Positions 48,887-62,800 are shown, numbered from the stretch's first letter. The stretch is DNA of 64,000 nt from Eledone cirrhosa (GCA_964016885.1 OZ024741.1:415524001-415588000), one strand, 5' to 3'. A program made the numbers and translations. Notes: generated by a model not told the origin, from the letters alone.

Positions 48887-51070
48887 GGAACCATTGGTCT
48901 AGCTGATGACCATGAGGTGGGGAACCACTGGTCAAGCTGATGACCATGAGGTGGGGAACCACTGGTCAAGCTGATGACCATGAGGTGGGGAACCACTGGT
49001 CAAGCTGATGACCATGAGGTGGGGAACCACTGGTCAAGCTGATGACCATGAGGTGAGGAACCACTGGTCTAGCTGATGACCATGAGGTGGGAAACCACTG
49101 GTCAAGCTGATGACCATGAGGTGAGGAACCACTGGTCAAGCTGATGACCATGAGGTGGGGAACCACTGGTCAAGCTGATGACCATGAGGTGGGAAACCAC
49201 TGGTCAAGCTGATGACCATGAGGTGGGAAACCACTGGTCTAGCTGATGACCATGAGGTGAGGAACCACTGGTCAAGCTGATGACCATGAGGTGAGGAACC
49301 ACTGGTCAAGCTGATGACCATGAGGTGGGAAACCACTGGTCTAGCTGATGACCATGAGGTGGGAAACCACTGGTCTAGCTGATGACCATGAGGTGAGGAA
49401 CCACTGGTCAAGCTGATGACCATGAGATGGGGAACCACTGGTCAAGCTGATGACCATGAGGTGGGAAACCACTGGTCAAGCTGATGACCATGAGGTGGGA
49501 AACCACTGGTCTAGCTGATGACCATGAGGTGAGGAACCACTGGTCAAGCTGATGACCATGAGGTGGGGAACCACTGGTCAAGCTGATGACCATGAGGTGG
49601 GAAACCACTAGTCTAGCTGATGACCATGAGGTGGGAAACCACTGGTCTAGCTGATGACCATGAGGTGGGGAACCACTGGTCAAGCTGATGACCATGAGGT
49701 GGAAACCACTGGTTTAGCTGATGACCATGAGGTGGGAAACCACTGGTCAAGCTGATGACCATGAGGTGAGGAACCACTGGTCAAGCTGATGACCATGAGG
49801 TGGGAAACCACTGGTCTAGCTGATGACCATGAGGTGAGGAACCACTGGTCAAGCTGATGACCATGAGGTGGGAAACCACTGGTCTAGCTGATGACCATGA
49901 GGTGAGGAACCACTGGTCAAGCTGATGACCATGAGGTGGGAAACCACTGGTCTAGCTGATGACCATGAGGTGAGGAACCACTGGTCAAGCTGATGACCAT
50001 GAGGTGAGGAACCACTGGTCAAGCTGATGACCATGAGGTGGGGAGCCACTGGTCAAGCTGATGACCATGAGGTGAGAAACCATTGGTCAAGCTGATGACC
50101 ATGAGGTGAGGAACCACTGGTCAAGCTGATGACCATGAGGTGGGAAACCACTGGTCTAGCTGATGACCATGAGGTGAGGAACCACTGGTCAAGCTGATGA
50201 CCATGAGGTGAGGAACCACTGGTCAAGCTGATGACCATGAGGTGGGGAGCCACTGGTCAAGCTGATGACCATGAGGTGAGAAACCATTGGTCAAGCTGAT
50301 GACCATGAGGTGAGGAACCACTGGTCAAGCTGATGACCATGAGGTGGGGCACCACTGGTCTAGCTGATGACCATGAGGTGAGGAACCACTGGTCAAGCTG
50401 ATGACCATGAGGTGAGGAACCACTGGTCAAGCTGATGACCATGAGGTGGGGAGCCACTGGTCAAGCTGATGACCATGAGGTGAGAAACCATTGGTCAAGC
50501 TGATGACCATGAGGTGGGAAACCACTGGTCTAGCTGATGACCATGAGGTGAGGAACCACTGGTCAAGCTGATGACCATGAGGTGAGGAACCACTGGTCAA
50601 GCTGATGACCATGAGGTGGGGAGCCACTGGTCAAGCTGATGACCATGAGGTGAGAAACCATTGGTCAAGCTGATGACCATGAGGTGAGGAACCACTGGTC
50701 AAGCTGATGACCATGAGGTGGGGAGCCACTGGTCTAGCTGATGACCATGAGGGTGGGTATGGTGGACATTGGGAACCACTGGTCAAGCTGATGACCATGA
50801 GGTGGGGCACCACTGGTCTAGCTGATGACCATGAGGTTTTGAGGGTGGGTATGGTGGACATTGGGAACCACTGGTCAAGCTGATGACCATATGGTGTTGA
50901 GGTGGAGAACCACTGGTATAGCTGGTGACCATGAGATTTTGAGGTGAGGTCAGGTTGGACATTGGGAACCACTGGTCTAGCTGACCATGAGATGGGGAAC
51001 CACTGGTCTAGCTGATGACTATATAGTGTTGAGGTGGGGTCAGGGTGGACAAAAGGTTAGGAACTACTGA
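48887..51070. repeat. 34-bp minisatellite (about 55 regular units plus degenerate longer units) containing a hAT-type terminus
   Basis: GGAACCACTGGTC(A/T)AGCTGATGACCATGAGGTG(G/A). Ends ...GGACAAAAGGTTAGGAACTACTG. Confidence 0.95.
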
Positions 51071-51157
51071 TTTAAACATTTTAATTAATAAACCTGTTTT
51101 TATATATTTTCTGCTAATTACTGGATGTTAAGTGTTGTTATATATTTAGCCTCAATA

Positions 51158-51282
51158 AGGCAGTGATTTGGTGGCATTCATCCTGGCTCACTCTTCTGTG
51201 AGTTCAAATCCTGCCATGGCCAGCTTTGCGTTCATCCATTCACAGTTGATATAAAAAGTACCAGTCTAATACTGGGGTTGAT
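51158..51282 (+). mobile_element. Diverged tRNA-derived SINE
   Basis: GAGTTCAAATCCTGCCATGGCCAGCTTTGCGTTCATCC...AAGTACCAGT. Confidence 0.7.
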
Positions 51283-51284
51283 TC

Positions 51285-51437
51285 TTCCTCTATATCTCTC
51301 TCACTTTATCTCTCTATCTCTCTCCATCTCTTTCTCTCCATCTCTCTCTCTATCTCTCTCCATCTCTTTCTCTCCATCTCTCTCTCTATCTCTCTCCATC
51401 TCTTTCTCTCCATCTCTCTCTCTATCTCTATCTCTCT
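51285..51437. repeat. (CT)-rich compound microsatellite upstream of the last acceptor
   Basis: CCATCTCTTTCTCTCCATCTCTCTCTCTATCTCTCT repeated. Confidence 0.9.
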
Positions 51438-51472
51438 AAACATTTCAACTTCTTCTGTCTTGTCTGTTCCAG

Positions 51473-51552
51473 TTGCTCACCAGACTTACCAGATACGAAT
51501 CAAACAAAGGGAACCATTCGGAGACATTTTTCTCAGACTAAGATCAACATGA
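51473..51552 (+). CDS. REC8: Kleisin terminal coding exon G (phase 1): IAHQTYQIRIKQREPFGDIFLRLRST*
   Basis: Acceptor gttccAG and TGA at 51550-51552. QREPFGDIFL matches the kleisin C-terminal QxxPY(G/S)DIxx motif. Confidence 0.88.
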
Positions 51553-51704
51553 CCGTGAGATTGGTCATTGCAGAGTCTCTCTCTCTTCCCTCTCTCTTCT
51601 CTTCCTCCTCTCTCTTCTATCATTCTTCTGGGGAAGGGGGGAGGGCAGTCTCCCAAATTGCTGGCCTTGTGCCTACTAAAGTTATTAAATAAGTTATATG
51701 GAAA

Positions 51705-51841
51705 CAAAGTGTGAGGGTGGGCACCAAAGTGTGAGGGGTGGGGCACCAAAGTGTGAGGGGTGGGGCACCAAAGTGTGAGGGCTGGGGTACCAAAGTGTGA
51801 GGGCTGGGGCACCAAAGTATGAGGAGGTGGGGCACCAAAGT
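51705..51841. repeat. 22-bp G-rich minisatellite, about 6 copies
   Basis: CACCAAAGTGTGAGGGGTGGGG at 51722, 51744, 51766 and onward. Confidence 0.9.
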
Positions 51842-51974
51842 AAAGTATTACCATAAATCACTAACATTTTTTTTATGATTTCTTTGATTTAACATGTCTA
51901 TTACTGAAGATGGTAGGATATGATTTGAGGGAAATTCTGTTCCTATTTCAAGCAGACTGAGCTACCACATAGAG

Positions 51975-53142
51975 CAGGGGTCTCAAACTGAAGGGCTCTA
52001 AATGGTCATTACATCCTGGATTTAGACCTTAGGGATCCTGGGTCACTTCAGGTTTGGGGGTCCCCTCATACACAATAAATTAGAATACACAGCAAACCCC
52101 CCCAACTTTACCTATCCAAGTCAGCTTGGTGCAAGTAATTGAAATTGAAGAGTTATACATACAGGTATTAAATTAAAGAATCTAACCATCCTAAAAGTAA
52201 AAAGCCCAGCTGAGTGCACAAACAAATTGTTACGGCTATCACTGGTGGGGCCACCCCACAGCAGGAGGCCTAGGGAAATTGCCCCCATTAAACCCGGCCT
52301 TGGACTAAGCTACAACATAGAGCAGGTATCTGAGAATGGCTATTACGTTCTGGGAGGTGATTTCCACCAGTTATAACAGCTGATAGGCTGATACTTTGAT
52401 ACTTGTATATATTACCACAGCTATTACTTGCAATGGGGTATGATTTGGTAGTGTGTATCAGGCTTTTACTAAGGGTTTTAAGTGGTCATTCAGTTGTGAG
52501 TAGACATAGATACACTCTTGGCCAGGAATCACAAACTTGAGGACTCAAAAGGGCCCATTAGATTCTGGGGAAGAGGTACAGCTGGTCAAAAGTGAAGTGA
52601 GGGTGTGGTGACATATTCACCAGTTATAACACTAATCTACAATACAACTGAGAAGCTGTTATATATATATTACATCAAAATAAATCCACATATGATAGTA
52701 AGATATGGGAATTAGTACAAAATGTAGGAGGACATATTTTCCTAAATTCCATTTTTACTCTTGATAAATTCCTTTTTTTTCCATTTCACTGTATTTCATG
52801 GGTAAATTACACAAGTATGGAAGGGACTAGGAACAAATTACCAAGTTTTAGAAAAATATTAATCACAAAAATTCTTCTGTTGTGGACCATAGACAAGGTT
52901 AAACATTCACCTGCTGAGGCCCTACGCTATATGGAATTTGAAATTCTTATGTTTTATATTAATGTTAATGATAAAATAAAAATATTCTTTCAAAAATGAG
53001 GCTCCCAAGAGTGTGTAGCCCTAAGTTATAGCTTATAGGTAAGCCAAGCACTGGCTACACTGAGGCCCCTGAGGGTGTGTGACCCTAAGCTATAGGTAGG
53101 TCCATCTCTGGCCATAGAAACCCAGTGTGTTTGAGACCCCTC
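51975..53142. mobile_element. Candidate non-autonomous hAT (Charlie/Buster-like) element
   Basis: CAGGGGTCTCAAAC at 51975 and GTTTGAGACCCCTC at 53129-53142 (13 of 14 inverted match). The flanking 8-mers ACATAGAG and ATTTAATC share only the first A and central TA, so the TSD is not confirmed. Confidence 0.55.
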
Positions 53143-53806
53143 ATTTAATCAGAATCGGTTAATTTGATGAAATTCTATTATGTTAATTTTTATTTCAATT
53201 GTTTATAATTTGTTGTATTAAATGAATTCCTGTTTATTTTGTTGATTTCAAACAATATTTATATTGTGATGGTGACCTTCTTTCTCTCTTTCTTTCCCTC
53301 TATTACCTTCTCTTTTTCTTTCTCTTTGTTTTGTTGCTTGATTTTCTGTAATATTTTACTGATATATTTTTTTATTTATTTATTAAATTTGAAAGTATTT
53401 TTGGTCAACATTTCATTAATATTGAATCTAAATTCTTTATTAAAAGCCACAACACAAATTCTAGCTCACCCCTCTCTCTGGCTCACACCAACTCTAAATA
53501 GATGACATGAATAAGTATCAATTAATGGTATCTTCTATAAATATTCATAACAAGAAATTATTTGAAATATTTATTATATATTTTCTTTACATATCTATTC
53601 CATATAAGATAATTTATCAAAACATTTTAAAATAATTTATCAAAACATTTTAAAATAATTTATCAAAACCTTTTAAAATAATTTATCCTAAATCTAACTA
53701 CTATTATTTAAATATAAAATATTTGTTAAAACTTTTATAAAAATGTCAGTTTTGTACTTGTTATATTTATTTGATATCATAACTAGAGAATGACTTTAAT
53801 TCTCAA

Positions 53807-56800
53807 TGTCCTTGAGCAAGACACTTTATGTCACATTGCTCCAGTCCACTGTGTCCTTGAGCAAGACACTTTATGTCACATTGCTCCAGTCCACTGTGTC
53901 CTTGAGCAAGACACTTTATGCCACATTGCTCCAGTCAACTGTGTCCTTGAGCAAGACACTTTATGTCACATTGCTCCAGTCCACTGTGTCCTTGAGCAAG
54001 ACACTTTATGTCACATTGCTCCAGTCCACTGTGTCCTTGAGCAAGACACTTTATGTCACATTGCTCCAGTCAACTGTGTCCTTGAGCAAGACACTTTATG
54101 TCACATTGCTCCAGTCCACTGTGTCCTTGAGCAAGACACTTTCTGTCACATTGCTCCAGTCAACTGTGTCCTTGAGCAAGACACTTTATTTCACATTGCT
54201 CCAGTCCACTGTGTCCTTGAGCAAGACACTTTATGTCACATTGCTCCAGTCAACTGTGTCCTTGAGCAAGACACTTTATGTCACATTGCTCCAGTCCACT
54301 GTGTCCTTGAGCAAGACACTTTATGTCACATTGCTCCAGTCCACTGTGTCCTTGAGCAAGACACTTTATGTCACATTGCTCCAGTCAACTGTGTCCTTGA
54401 GCAAGACACTTTATGTCACATTGCTCCAGTCCACTGTGTCCTTGAGCAAGACACTTTCTGTCACGTTGCTCCAGTCAACTGTGTCCTTGAGCAAGACACT
54501 TTATTTCACATTGCTCCAGTCCACTGTGTCCTTGAGCAAGACACTTTATGCCACATTGCTCCAGTCAACTGTGTCCTTGAGCAAGACACTTTATGTCACA
54601 TTGCTCCAGTCAACTGTGTCCTTGAGCAAGACACTTTATGTCACATTGCTCCAGTCCACTGTGTCCTTGAGCAAGACACTTTATGTCACATTGCTCCAGT
54701 CCACTGTGTCCTTGAGCAAGACACTTTATGTCACATTGCTCCAGTCAACTGTGTCCTTGAGCAAGACACTTTATGTCACATTGCTCCAGTCAACCATGTC
54801 CTTGAGCAAGACACTTTATGTCACATTGCTCCAGTCAACTGTGTCCTTGAGCAAGACACTTTATGTCACATTGCTCCAGTCTACTGTGTCCTTGAGCAAG
54901 ACACTTTATGTCACATTGCTCCAGTCAACTGTGTCCTTGAGCAAGACACTTTATTTCACATTGCTCCAGTCCACTGTGTCCTTGAGCAAGACACTTTATG
55001 CCACATTGCTCCAGTCAACTGTGTCCTTGAGCAAGACACTTTATGTCACATTGCTCCAGTCCACTGTGTCCTTGAGCAAGACACTTTATGTCACATTGCT
55101 CCAGTCCACTGTGTCCTTGAGCAAGACACTTTATGTCACATTGCTCCAGTCCACTTTGTCCTTGAGCAAGACACTTTATGTCACATTGCTCCAGTCAACT
55201 GTGTCCTTGAGCAAGACACTTTATGTCACATTGCTCCAGTCAACCATGTCCTTGAGCAAGACACTTTATGTCACATTGCTCCAGTCAACTGTGTCCTTGA
55301 GCAAGACACTTTATGTCACATTGCTCCAGTCCACTGTGTCCTTGAGCAAGACACTTTATGTCACATTGCTCCAGTCCACTGTGTCCTTGAGCAAGACACT
55401 TTATGTCACATTGCTCCAGTCAACTGTGTCCTTGAGCAAGACACTTTATGTCACATTGCTCCAGTCAACCATGTCCTTGAGCAAGACACTTTATGTCACA
55501 TTGCTCCAGTCAACTGTGTCCTTGAGCAAGACACTTTATGTCACATTGCTCCAGTCCACTGTGTCCTTGAGCAAGACACTTTATGTCACATTGCTCCAGT
55601 CCACTGTGTCCTTGAGCAAGACACTTTATGTCACATTGCTCCAGTCCACTGTGTCCTTGAGCAAGACACTTTATGTCACATTGCTCCAGTCAACTGTGTC
55701 CTTGAGCAAGACACTTTATGTCACATTGCTCCAGTCAACCATGTCCTTGAGCAAGACACTTTATGTCACATTGCTCCAGTCAACCATGTCCTTGAGCAAG
55801 ATACTTTGTCACATTGCTCCAGTCAACTGTGTCCTTGAGCAAGACACTTTATGTCACATTGTTCCAGTCCACTGTGTCCTTGAGCAAGACACTTTATGTC
55901 ACATTGCTCCAGTCAACTGTGTCCTTGAGCAAGACACTTTATGTCACATTGCTCCAGTCCACTGTGTCCTTGAGCAAGACACTTTATGTCACATTGCTCC
56001 AGTCAACTGTGTCCTTGAGCAAGACACTTTATGTCACATTGCTCCAGTCCACTGTGTCCTTGAGCAAGACACTTTATGTCACATTGCTCCAGTCCACTGT
56101 GTCCTTGAGCAAGACACTTTATGTCACATTGCTCCAGTCAACTGTGTCCTTGAGCAAGACACTTTATGTCACATTTCTCCAGTCCACTGTGTCCTTGAGC
56201 AAGACACTTTATGTCACATTGCTCCAGTCCACTGTGTCCTTGAGCAAGACACTTTATGTCACATTGCTCCAGTCCACTGTGTCCTTGAGCAAGACACTTT
56301 ATGTCACATTGCTCCAGTCCACTGTGTCCTTGAGCAAGACACTTTATGTCACATTGCTCCAGTCAACTGTGTCCTTGAGCAAGACACTTTATGTCACATT
56401 GCTCCAGTCAACTGTGTCCTTGAGCAAGACACTTTATGTCACATTGCTCCAGTCCACTGTGTCCTTGAGCAAGACACTTTATGTCACATTGCTCCAGTCC
56501 ACTGTGTCCTTGAGCAAGACACTTTATGTCCCATTGCTCCAGTGAACTGTGTCCTTGAGCAAGACACTTTATGTCACATTGCTCCAGTCAACCATGTCCT
56601 TGAGCAAGACACTTTATGTCACATTGCTCCAGTCAACTGTGTCCTTGAGCAAGACACTTTATGTCACATTGCTCCAGTCTACTGTGTCCTTGAGCAAGAC
56701 ACTTTATGTCACATTGCTCCAGTCAACTGTGTCCTTGAGCAAGACACTTTATTTCACATTGCTCCAGTCCACTGTGTCCTTGAGCAAGACACTTTATGCC

Positions 56801-59800
56801 ACATTGCTCCAGTCAACTGTGTCCTTGAGCAAGACACTTTATGTCACATTGCTCCAGTCCACTGTGTCCTTGAGCAAGACACTTTATGTCACATTGCTCC
56901 AGTCCACTGTGTCCTTGAGCAAGACACTTTATGTCACATTGCTCCAGTCCACTTTGTCCTTGAGCAAGACACTTTATGTCACATTGCTCCAGTCAACTGT
57001 GTCCTTGAGCAAGACACTTTATGTCACATTGCTCCAGTCAACCATGTCCTTGAGCAAGACACTTTATGTCACATTGCTCCAGTCAACTGTGTCCTTGAGC
57101 AAGACACTTTATGTCACATTGCTCCAGTCCACTGTGTCCTTGAGCAAGACACTTTATGTCACATTGCTCCAGTCCACTGTGTCCTTGAGCAAGACACTTT
57201 ATGTCACATTGCTCCAGTCAACTGTGTCCTTGAGCAAGACACTTTATGTCACATTGCTCCAGTCAACCATGTCCTTGAGCAAGACACTTTATGTCACATT
57301 GCTCCAGTCAACTGTGTCCTTGAGCAAGACACTTTATGTCACATTGCTCCAGTCCACTGTGTCCTTGAGCAAGACACTTTATGTCACATTGCTCCAGTCC
57401 ACTGTGTCCTTGAGCAAGACACTTTATGTCACATTGCTCCAGTCCACTGTGTCCTTGAGCAAGACACTTTATGTCACATTGCTCCAGTCAACTGTGTCCT
57501 TGAGCAAGACACTTTATGTCACATTGCTCCAGTCAACCATGTCCTTGAGCAAGACACTTTATGTCACATTGTTCCAGTCAACCATGTCCTTGAGCAAGAT
57601 ACTTTGTCACATTGCTCCAGTCAACTGTGTCCTTGAGCAAGACACTTTATGTCACATTGTTCCAGTCCACTGTGTCCTTGAGCAAGACACTTTATGTCAC
57701 ATTGCTCCAGTCAACTGTGTCCTTGAGCAAGACACTTTATGTCACATTGCTCCAGTCCACTGTGTCCTTGAGCAAGACACTTTATGTCACATTGCTCCAG
57801 TCAACTGTGTCCTTGAGCAAGACACTTTATGTCACATTGCTCCAGTCCACTGTGTCCTTGAGCAAGACACTTTATGTCACATTGCTCCAGTCCACTGTGT
57901 CCTTGAGCAAGACACTTTATGTCACATTGCTCCAGTCAACTGTGTCCTTGAGCAAGACACTTTATGTCACATTGCTCCAGTCCACTGTGTCCTTGAGCAA
58001 GACACTTTATGTCACATTGCTCCAGTCCACTGTGTCCTTGAGCAAGACACTTTATGTCACATTGCTCCAGTCCACTGTGTCCTTGAGCAAGACACTTTAT
58101 GTCACATTGCTCCAGTCCACTGTGTCCTTGAGCAAGACACTTTATGTCACATTGCTCCAGTCAACTGTGTCCTTGAGCAAGACACTTTATGTCACATTGC
58201 TCCAGTCAACTGTGTTCTTGAGCAAGACACTTTATGTCACATTGCTCCAGTCCACTGTGTCCTTGAGCAAGACACTTTATGTCACATTGCTCCAGTCCAC
58301 TGTGTCCTTGAGCAAGACACTTTATGTCCCATTGCTCCAGTGAACTGTGTCCTTGAGCAAGACACTTTATGTCACATTGCTCCAGTCCACTGTGTCCTTG
58401 AGCAAGACACTTTATGTCACATTGCTCCAGTCCACTGTGTCCTTGAGCAAGACACTTTATGTCACATTGCTCCAGTCCACTGTGTCCTTGAGCAAGACAC
58501 TTTGTGTCACATTGCTCCAGTCAACTGTGTCCTTGAGCAAGACACTTTATGTCACATTGCTCCAGTCAACCATGTCCTTGAGCAAGACACTTTATGTCAC
58601 ATTGCTCCAGTCAACTGTGTCCTTGAGCAAGACACTTTATGTCACATTGCTCCAGTCAACTGTGTCCTTGAGCAAGACACTTTATGTCACATTGCTCCAG
58701 TCCACTGTGTGCTTGAGCAAGACACTTTATGACACATTGCTCCAGTCAACTGTGTCCTTGAGCAAGAAACTTTATGTCACATTGCTCCAGTCAACAGTGT
58801 CCTTGAGCAAGACACTTTATGTCACATTGCTCCAGTCAACTGTGTCCTTGAGCAAGACACTTTATGTCACATTGCTCCAGTCCACTGTGTCCTTGAGCAA
58901 GACACTTTATGTCACATTGCTCCAGTCAACTGTGTCCTTGAGCAAGACACTTTATGTCACATTGCTCCAGTCCACTGTGTCCTTGAGCAAGACACTTTAT
59001 GTCACATTGCTCCAGTCCACTGTGTCCTTGAGCAAGACACTTTATGTCACATTGCTCCAGTCCACTGTGTCCTTGAGCAAGACACTTTATGTCACATTGC
59101 TCCAGTCAACTGTGTCCTTGAGCAAGACACTTTATGTCACATTGCTCCAGTCTACTGTGTCCTTGAGCAAGACATTTTATGTGACATTGCTCCAGTCAAC
59201 TGTGTCCTTGAGCAAGACACTTTATGTCACATTGCTCCAGTCCACTGTGTCCTTGAGCAAGACACTTTATGTCACATTGCTCCAGTCCACTGTGTCCTTG
59301 AGCAAGACACTTTATGTCACATTGCTCCAGTCAACTGTGTCCTTGAGCAAGACACTTTATGTCACATTGCTCCAGTCAACTGTGTCCTTGAGCAAGACAC
59401 TTTATGTCACATTGCTCCAGTCAACTGTGTCCTTGAGCAAGACACTTTATGTCACATTGCTCCAGTCAACTGTGTCCTTGAGCAAGACACTTTATGTCAC
59501 ATTGCTCCAGTCAACTGTGTCCTTGAGCAAGACACTTTATGTCACATTGCTCCAGTCAACTGTGTCCTTGAGCAAGACACTTTATGTCACATTGCTCCAG
59601 TCCACTGTGTCCTTGAGCAAGACACTTTATGTCACATTGCTCCAGTCTACTGTGTCCTTGAGCAAGACACTTTATGTCACATTGCTCCAGTCAACTGTGT
59701 CCTTGAGCAAGACACTTTATGTCACATTGCTCCAGTCAACTGTGTCCTTGAGCAAGACACTTTATGTCACATTGCTCCAGTCCACTGTGTCCTTGAGCAA

Positions 59801-62800
59801 GACACTTTGTGCCACATTGCTCCAGTCAACTGTGTCCTTGAGCAAGACACTTTATGTCACATTGCTCCAGTCCACTGTGTCCTTGAGCAAGATACTTTAT
59901 GTCACATTGCTCCAGTCAACTGTTTCCTTGAGCAAGACACTTTATGTCACATTGCTCCAGTCCACTGTGTCCTTGAGCAAGACACTTTATGTCACATTGC
60001 TCCAGTCAACTGTGTCCTTGAGCAAGACACTTTATGTCACATTGCTCCAGTCCACTGTGTCCTTGAGCAAGACACTTTATGTCACATTGCTCCAGTCCAC
60101 TGTGTCCTTGAGCAAGACACTTTATGTCACATTGCTCCAGTCCACTGTGTCCTTGAGCAAGACACTTTATGTCACATTGCTCCAGTCAACTGTGTCCTTG
60201 AGCAAGACACTTTATGTCACATTGCTCCAGTCCACTGTGTCCTTGAGCAAGACACTTTATGTCACATTGCTCCAGTCAACTGTGTCCTTGAGCAAGACAC
60301 TTTATGTCACATTGCTCCAGTCCACTGTGTCCTTGAGCAAGACACTTTATGTCACATTGCTCCAGTCAACTGTGTCCTTGAGCAAGACACTTTATGTCAC
60401 ATTGCTCCAGTCTACTGTGTCCTTGAGCAAGACACTTTATGTCACATTGCTCCAGTCAACTGTGTCCTTGAGCAAGACACTTTATGTCACATTGCTCCAG
60501 TCAACTGTGTCCTTGAGCAAGACACTTTATGTCACATTGCTCCAGTCAACTGTGTCCTTGAGCAAGACACTTTATGTCACATTGCTCCAGTCAACTGTGT
60601 CCTTGAGCAAGACACTTTATGTCACATTGCTCCAGTCAACTGTGTCCTTGAGCAAGATACTTTGTCACATTGCTCCAGTCCACTGTGTCCTTGAGCAAGA
60701 CACTTTATGTCACATTGCTCCAGTCCACTGTGTCCTTGAGCAAGACACTTTATGTCACATTGCTCCAGTCCACTGTGTCCTTGAGCAAGACACTTTATGT
60801 CACATTGCTCCAGTCCACTGTGTCCTTGAGCAAGACACTTTATGTCACATTGCTCCAGTCAACTGTGTCCTTGAGCAAGACACTTTATGTCACATTGCTC
60901 CAGTCTACTGTGTCCTTGAGCAAGACACTTTATGTCACATTGCTCCAGTCAACTGTGTCCTTGAGCAAGACACTTTATGTCACATTGCTCCAGTCAACTG
61001 TGTCCTTGAGCAAGACACTTTATGTCACATTGCTCCAGTCAACTGTGTCCTTGAGCAAGACACTTTATGTCACATTGCTCCAGTCCACTGTGTCCTTGAG
61101 CAAGACACTTTATGTCACATTGCTCCAGTCAACTGTGTCCTTGAGCAAGATACTTTGTCACATTGCTCCAGTCCACTGTGTCCTTGAGCAAGACACTTTA
61201 TGTCACATTGCTCCAGTCCACTGTGTCCTTGAGCAAGACACTTTATGTCACATTGCTCCAGTCCACTGTGTCCTTGAGCAAGACACTTTATGTCACATTG
61301 CTCCAGTCCACTGTGTCCTTGAGCAAGATACTTTGTCACATTGCTCCAGTCCACTGTGTCCTTGAGCAAGACACTTTATGTCACATTGCTCCAGTCCACT
61401 GTGTCCTTGAGCAAGACACTTTATGTCACATTGCTCCAGTCAACTGTGTCCTTGAGCAAGACACTTTATGTCACATTGCTCCAGTCAACTGTGTCCTTGA
61501 GCAAGACACTTTATGTCACATTGCTCCAGTCCACTGTGTCCTTGAGCAAGACACATTATGTCACATTGCTCCAGTCCACTGTGTCCTTGAGCAAGATACT
61601 TTGTCACATTGCTCCAGTCCACTGTGTCCTTGAGCAAGACACTTTATGTCACATTGCTGAAGACCACTGTGTCCTTGAGCAAGACACTTTATGTCACATT
61701 GCTTCAGTCAACTGTGTCCTTGAGCAAGACACTTTATGTCACATTGCTCCAGTCCACTGTGTCCTTGAGCAAGACACTTTATGTCACATTGCTTCAGTCA
61801 ACTGTGTCCTTGAGCAAGACACTTTATGTCACATTGCTCCAGTCCACTGTGTCCTTGAGCAAGATACTTTGTTACATTGCTCCAGTCCACTGTGTCCTTG
61901 AGCAAGACACTTTATGTCACATTGCTCCAGTCCACTGTGTCCTTGAGCAAGACACTTTATGTCACATTGCTCCAGTCCACTGTGTCCTTGAGCAAGACAT
62001 TTTATGTCACATTGCTCCAGTCCACTGTGTCCTTGAGCAAGACACTTTATGTCACATTGCTCCAGTCCACTGTGTCCTTGAGCAAGACACTTTATGTCAC
62101 ATTGCTCCAGTCCACTGTGTCCTTGAGCAAGACACTTTATGTCACATTGCTCCAGTCCACTGTGTCCTTGAGCAAGACACTTTATGTCACATTGCTCCAG
62201 TCCACTGTGTCCTTGAGCAAGACACTTTATGTCACATTGCTCCAGTCCACTGTGTCCTTGAGCAAGACACTTTATGTCACATTGCTCCAGTCCACTGTGT
62301 CCTTGAGCAAGACACTTTATGCCACATTGCTCCAGTCAACTGTGTCCTTGAGCAAGACACTTTATGTCACATTGCTCCAGTCAACTGTGTCCTTGAGCAA
62401 GACACTTTATGTCACATTGCTCCAGTCAACTGTGTCCTTGAGCTAGACACTTTATGTCACATTGCTCCAGTCCACTGTGTCCTTGAGCAAGACACTTTAT
62501 GTCACATTGCTCCAGTCAACTGTGTCCTTGAGCAAGACACTTTATGTCACATTGCTCCAGTCAACTGTGTCCTTGAGCAAGACACTTTATGTCACATTGC
62601 TCCAGTCCACTGTGTCCTTGAGCAAGACACTTTATGTCACATTGCTCCAGTCCACTGTGTCCTTGAGCAAGACACTTTATGTCACATTGCTCCAGTCAAC
62701 TGTCCTTGAGCAAGACACTTTATGTCACATTGCTCCAGTCCACTGTGTCCTTGAGCAAGATACTTTATGTCACATTGCTCCAGTCAACTGTGTCCTTGAG

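Noticed and set aside
48887-50745. CTGATGA in every 34-bp unit as a tandem hammerhead
   Set aside because: Some units have GAAAC downstream, but no consistent stem II/III/I set can be drawn and GAAA is not conserved; a hAT-end origin explains the unit better.
48966-50972. MVISLTSGSSPHGHQLDQ ORFs
   Set aside because: A 34-bp repeat read through rotating frames; no coding evidence.
33012-51282. tRNA genes at A/B-box motifs
   Set aside because: The boxes are SINE heads followed by SINE body and tail, with no cloverleaf.
53609-53687. 23-bp AT-rich triple repeat as an origin or regulatory site
   Set aside because: A simple local slippage duplication with no supporting context.
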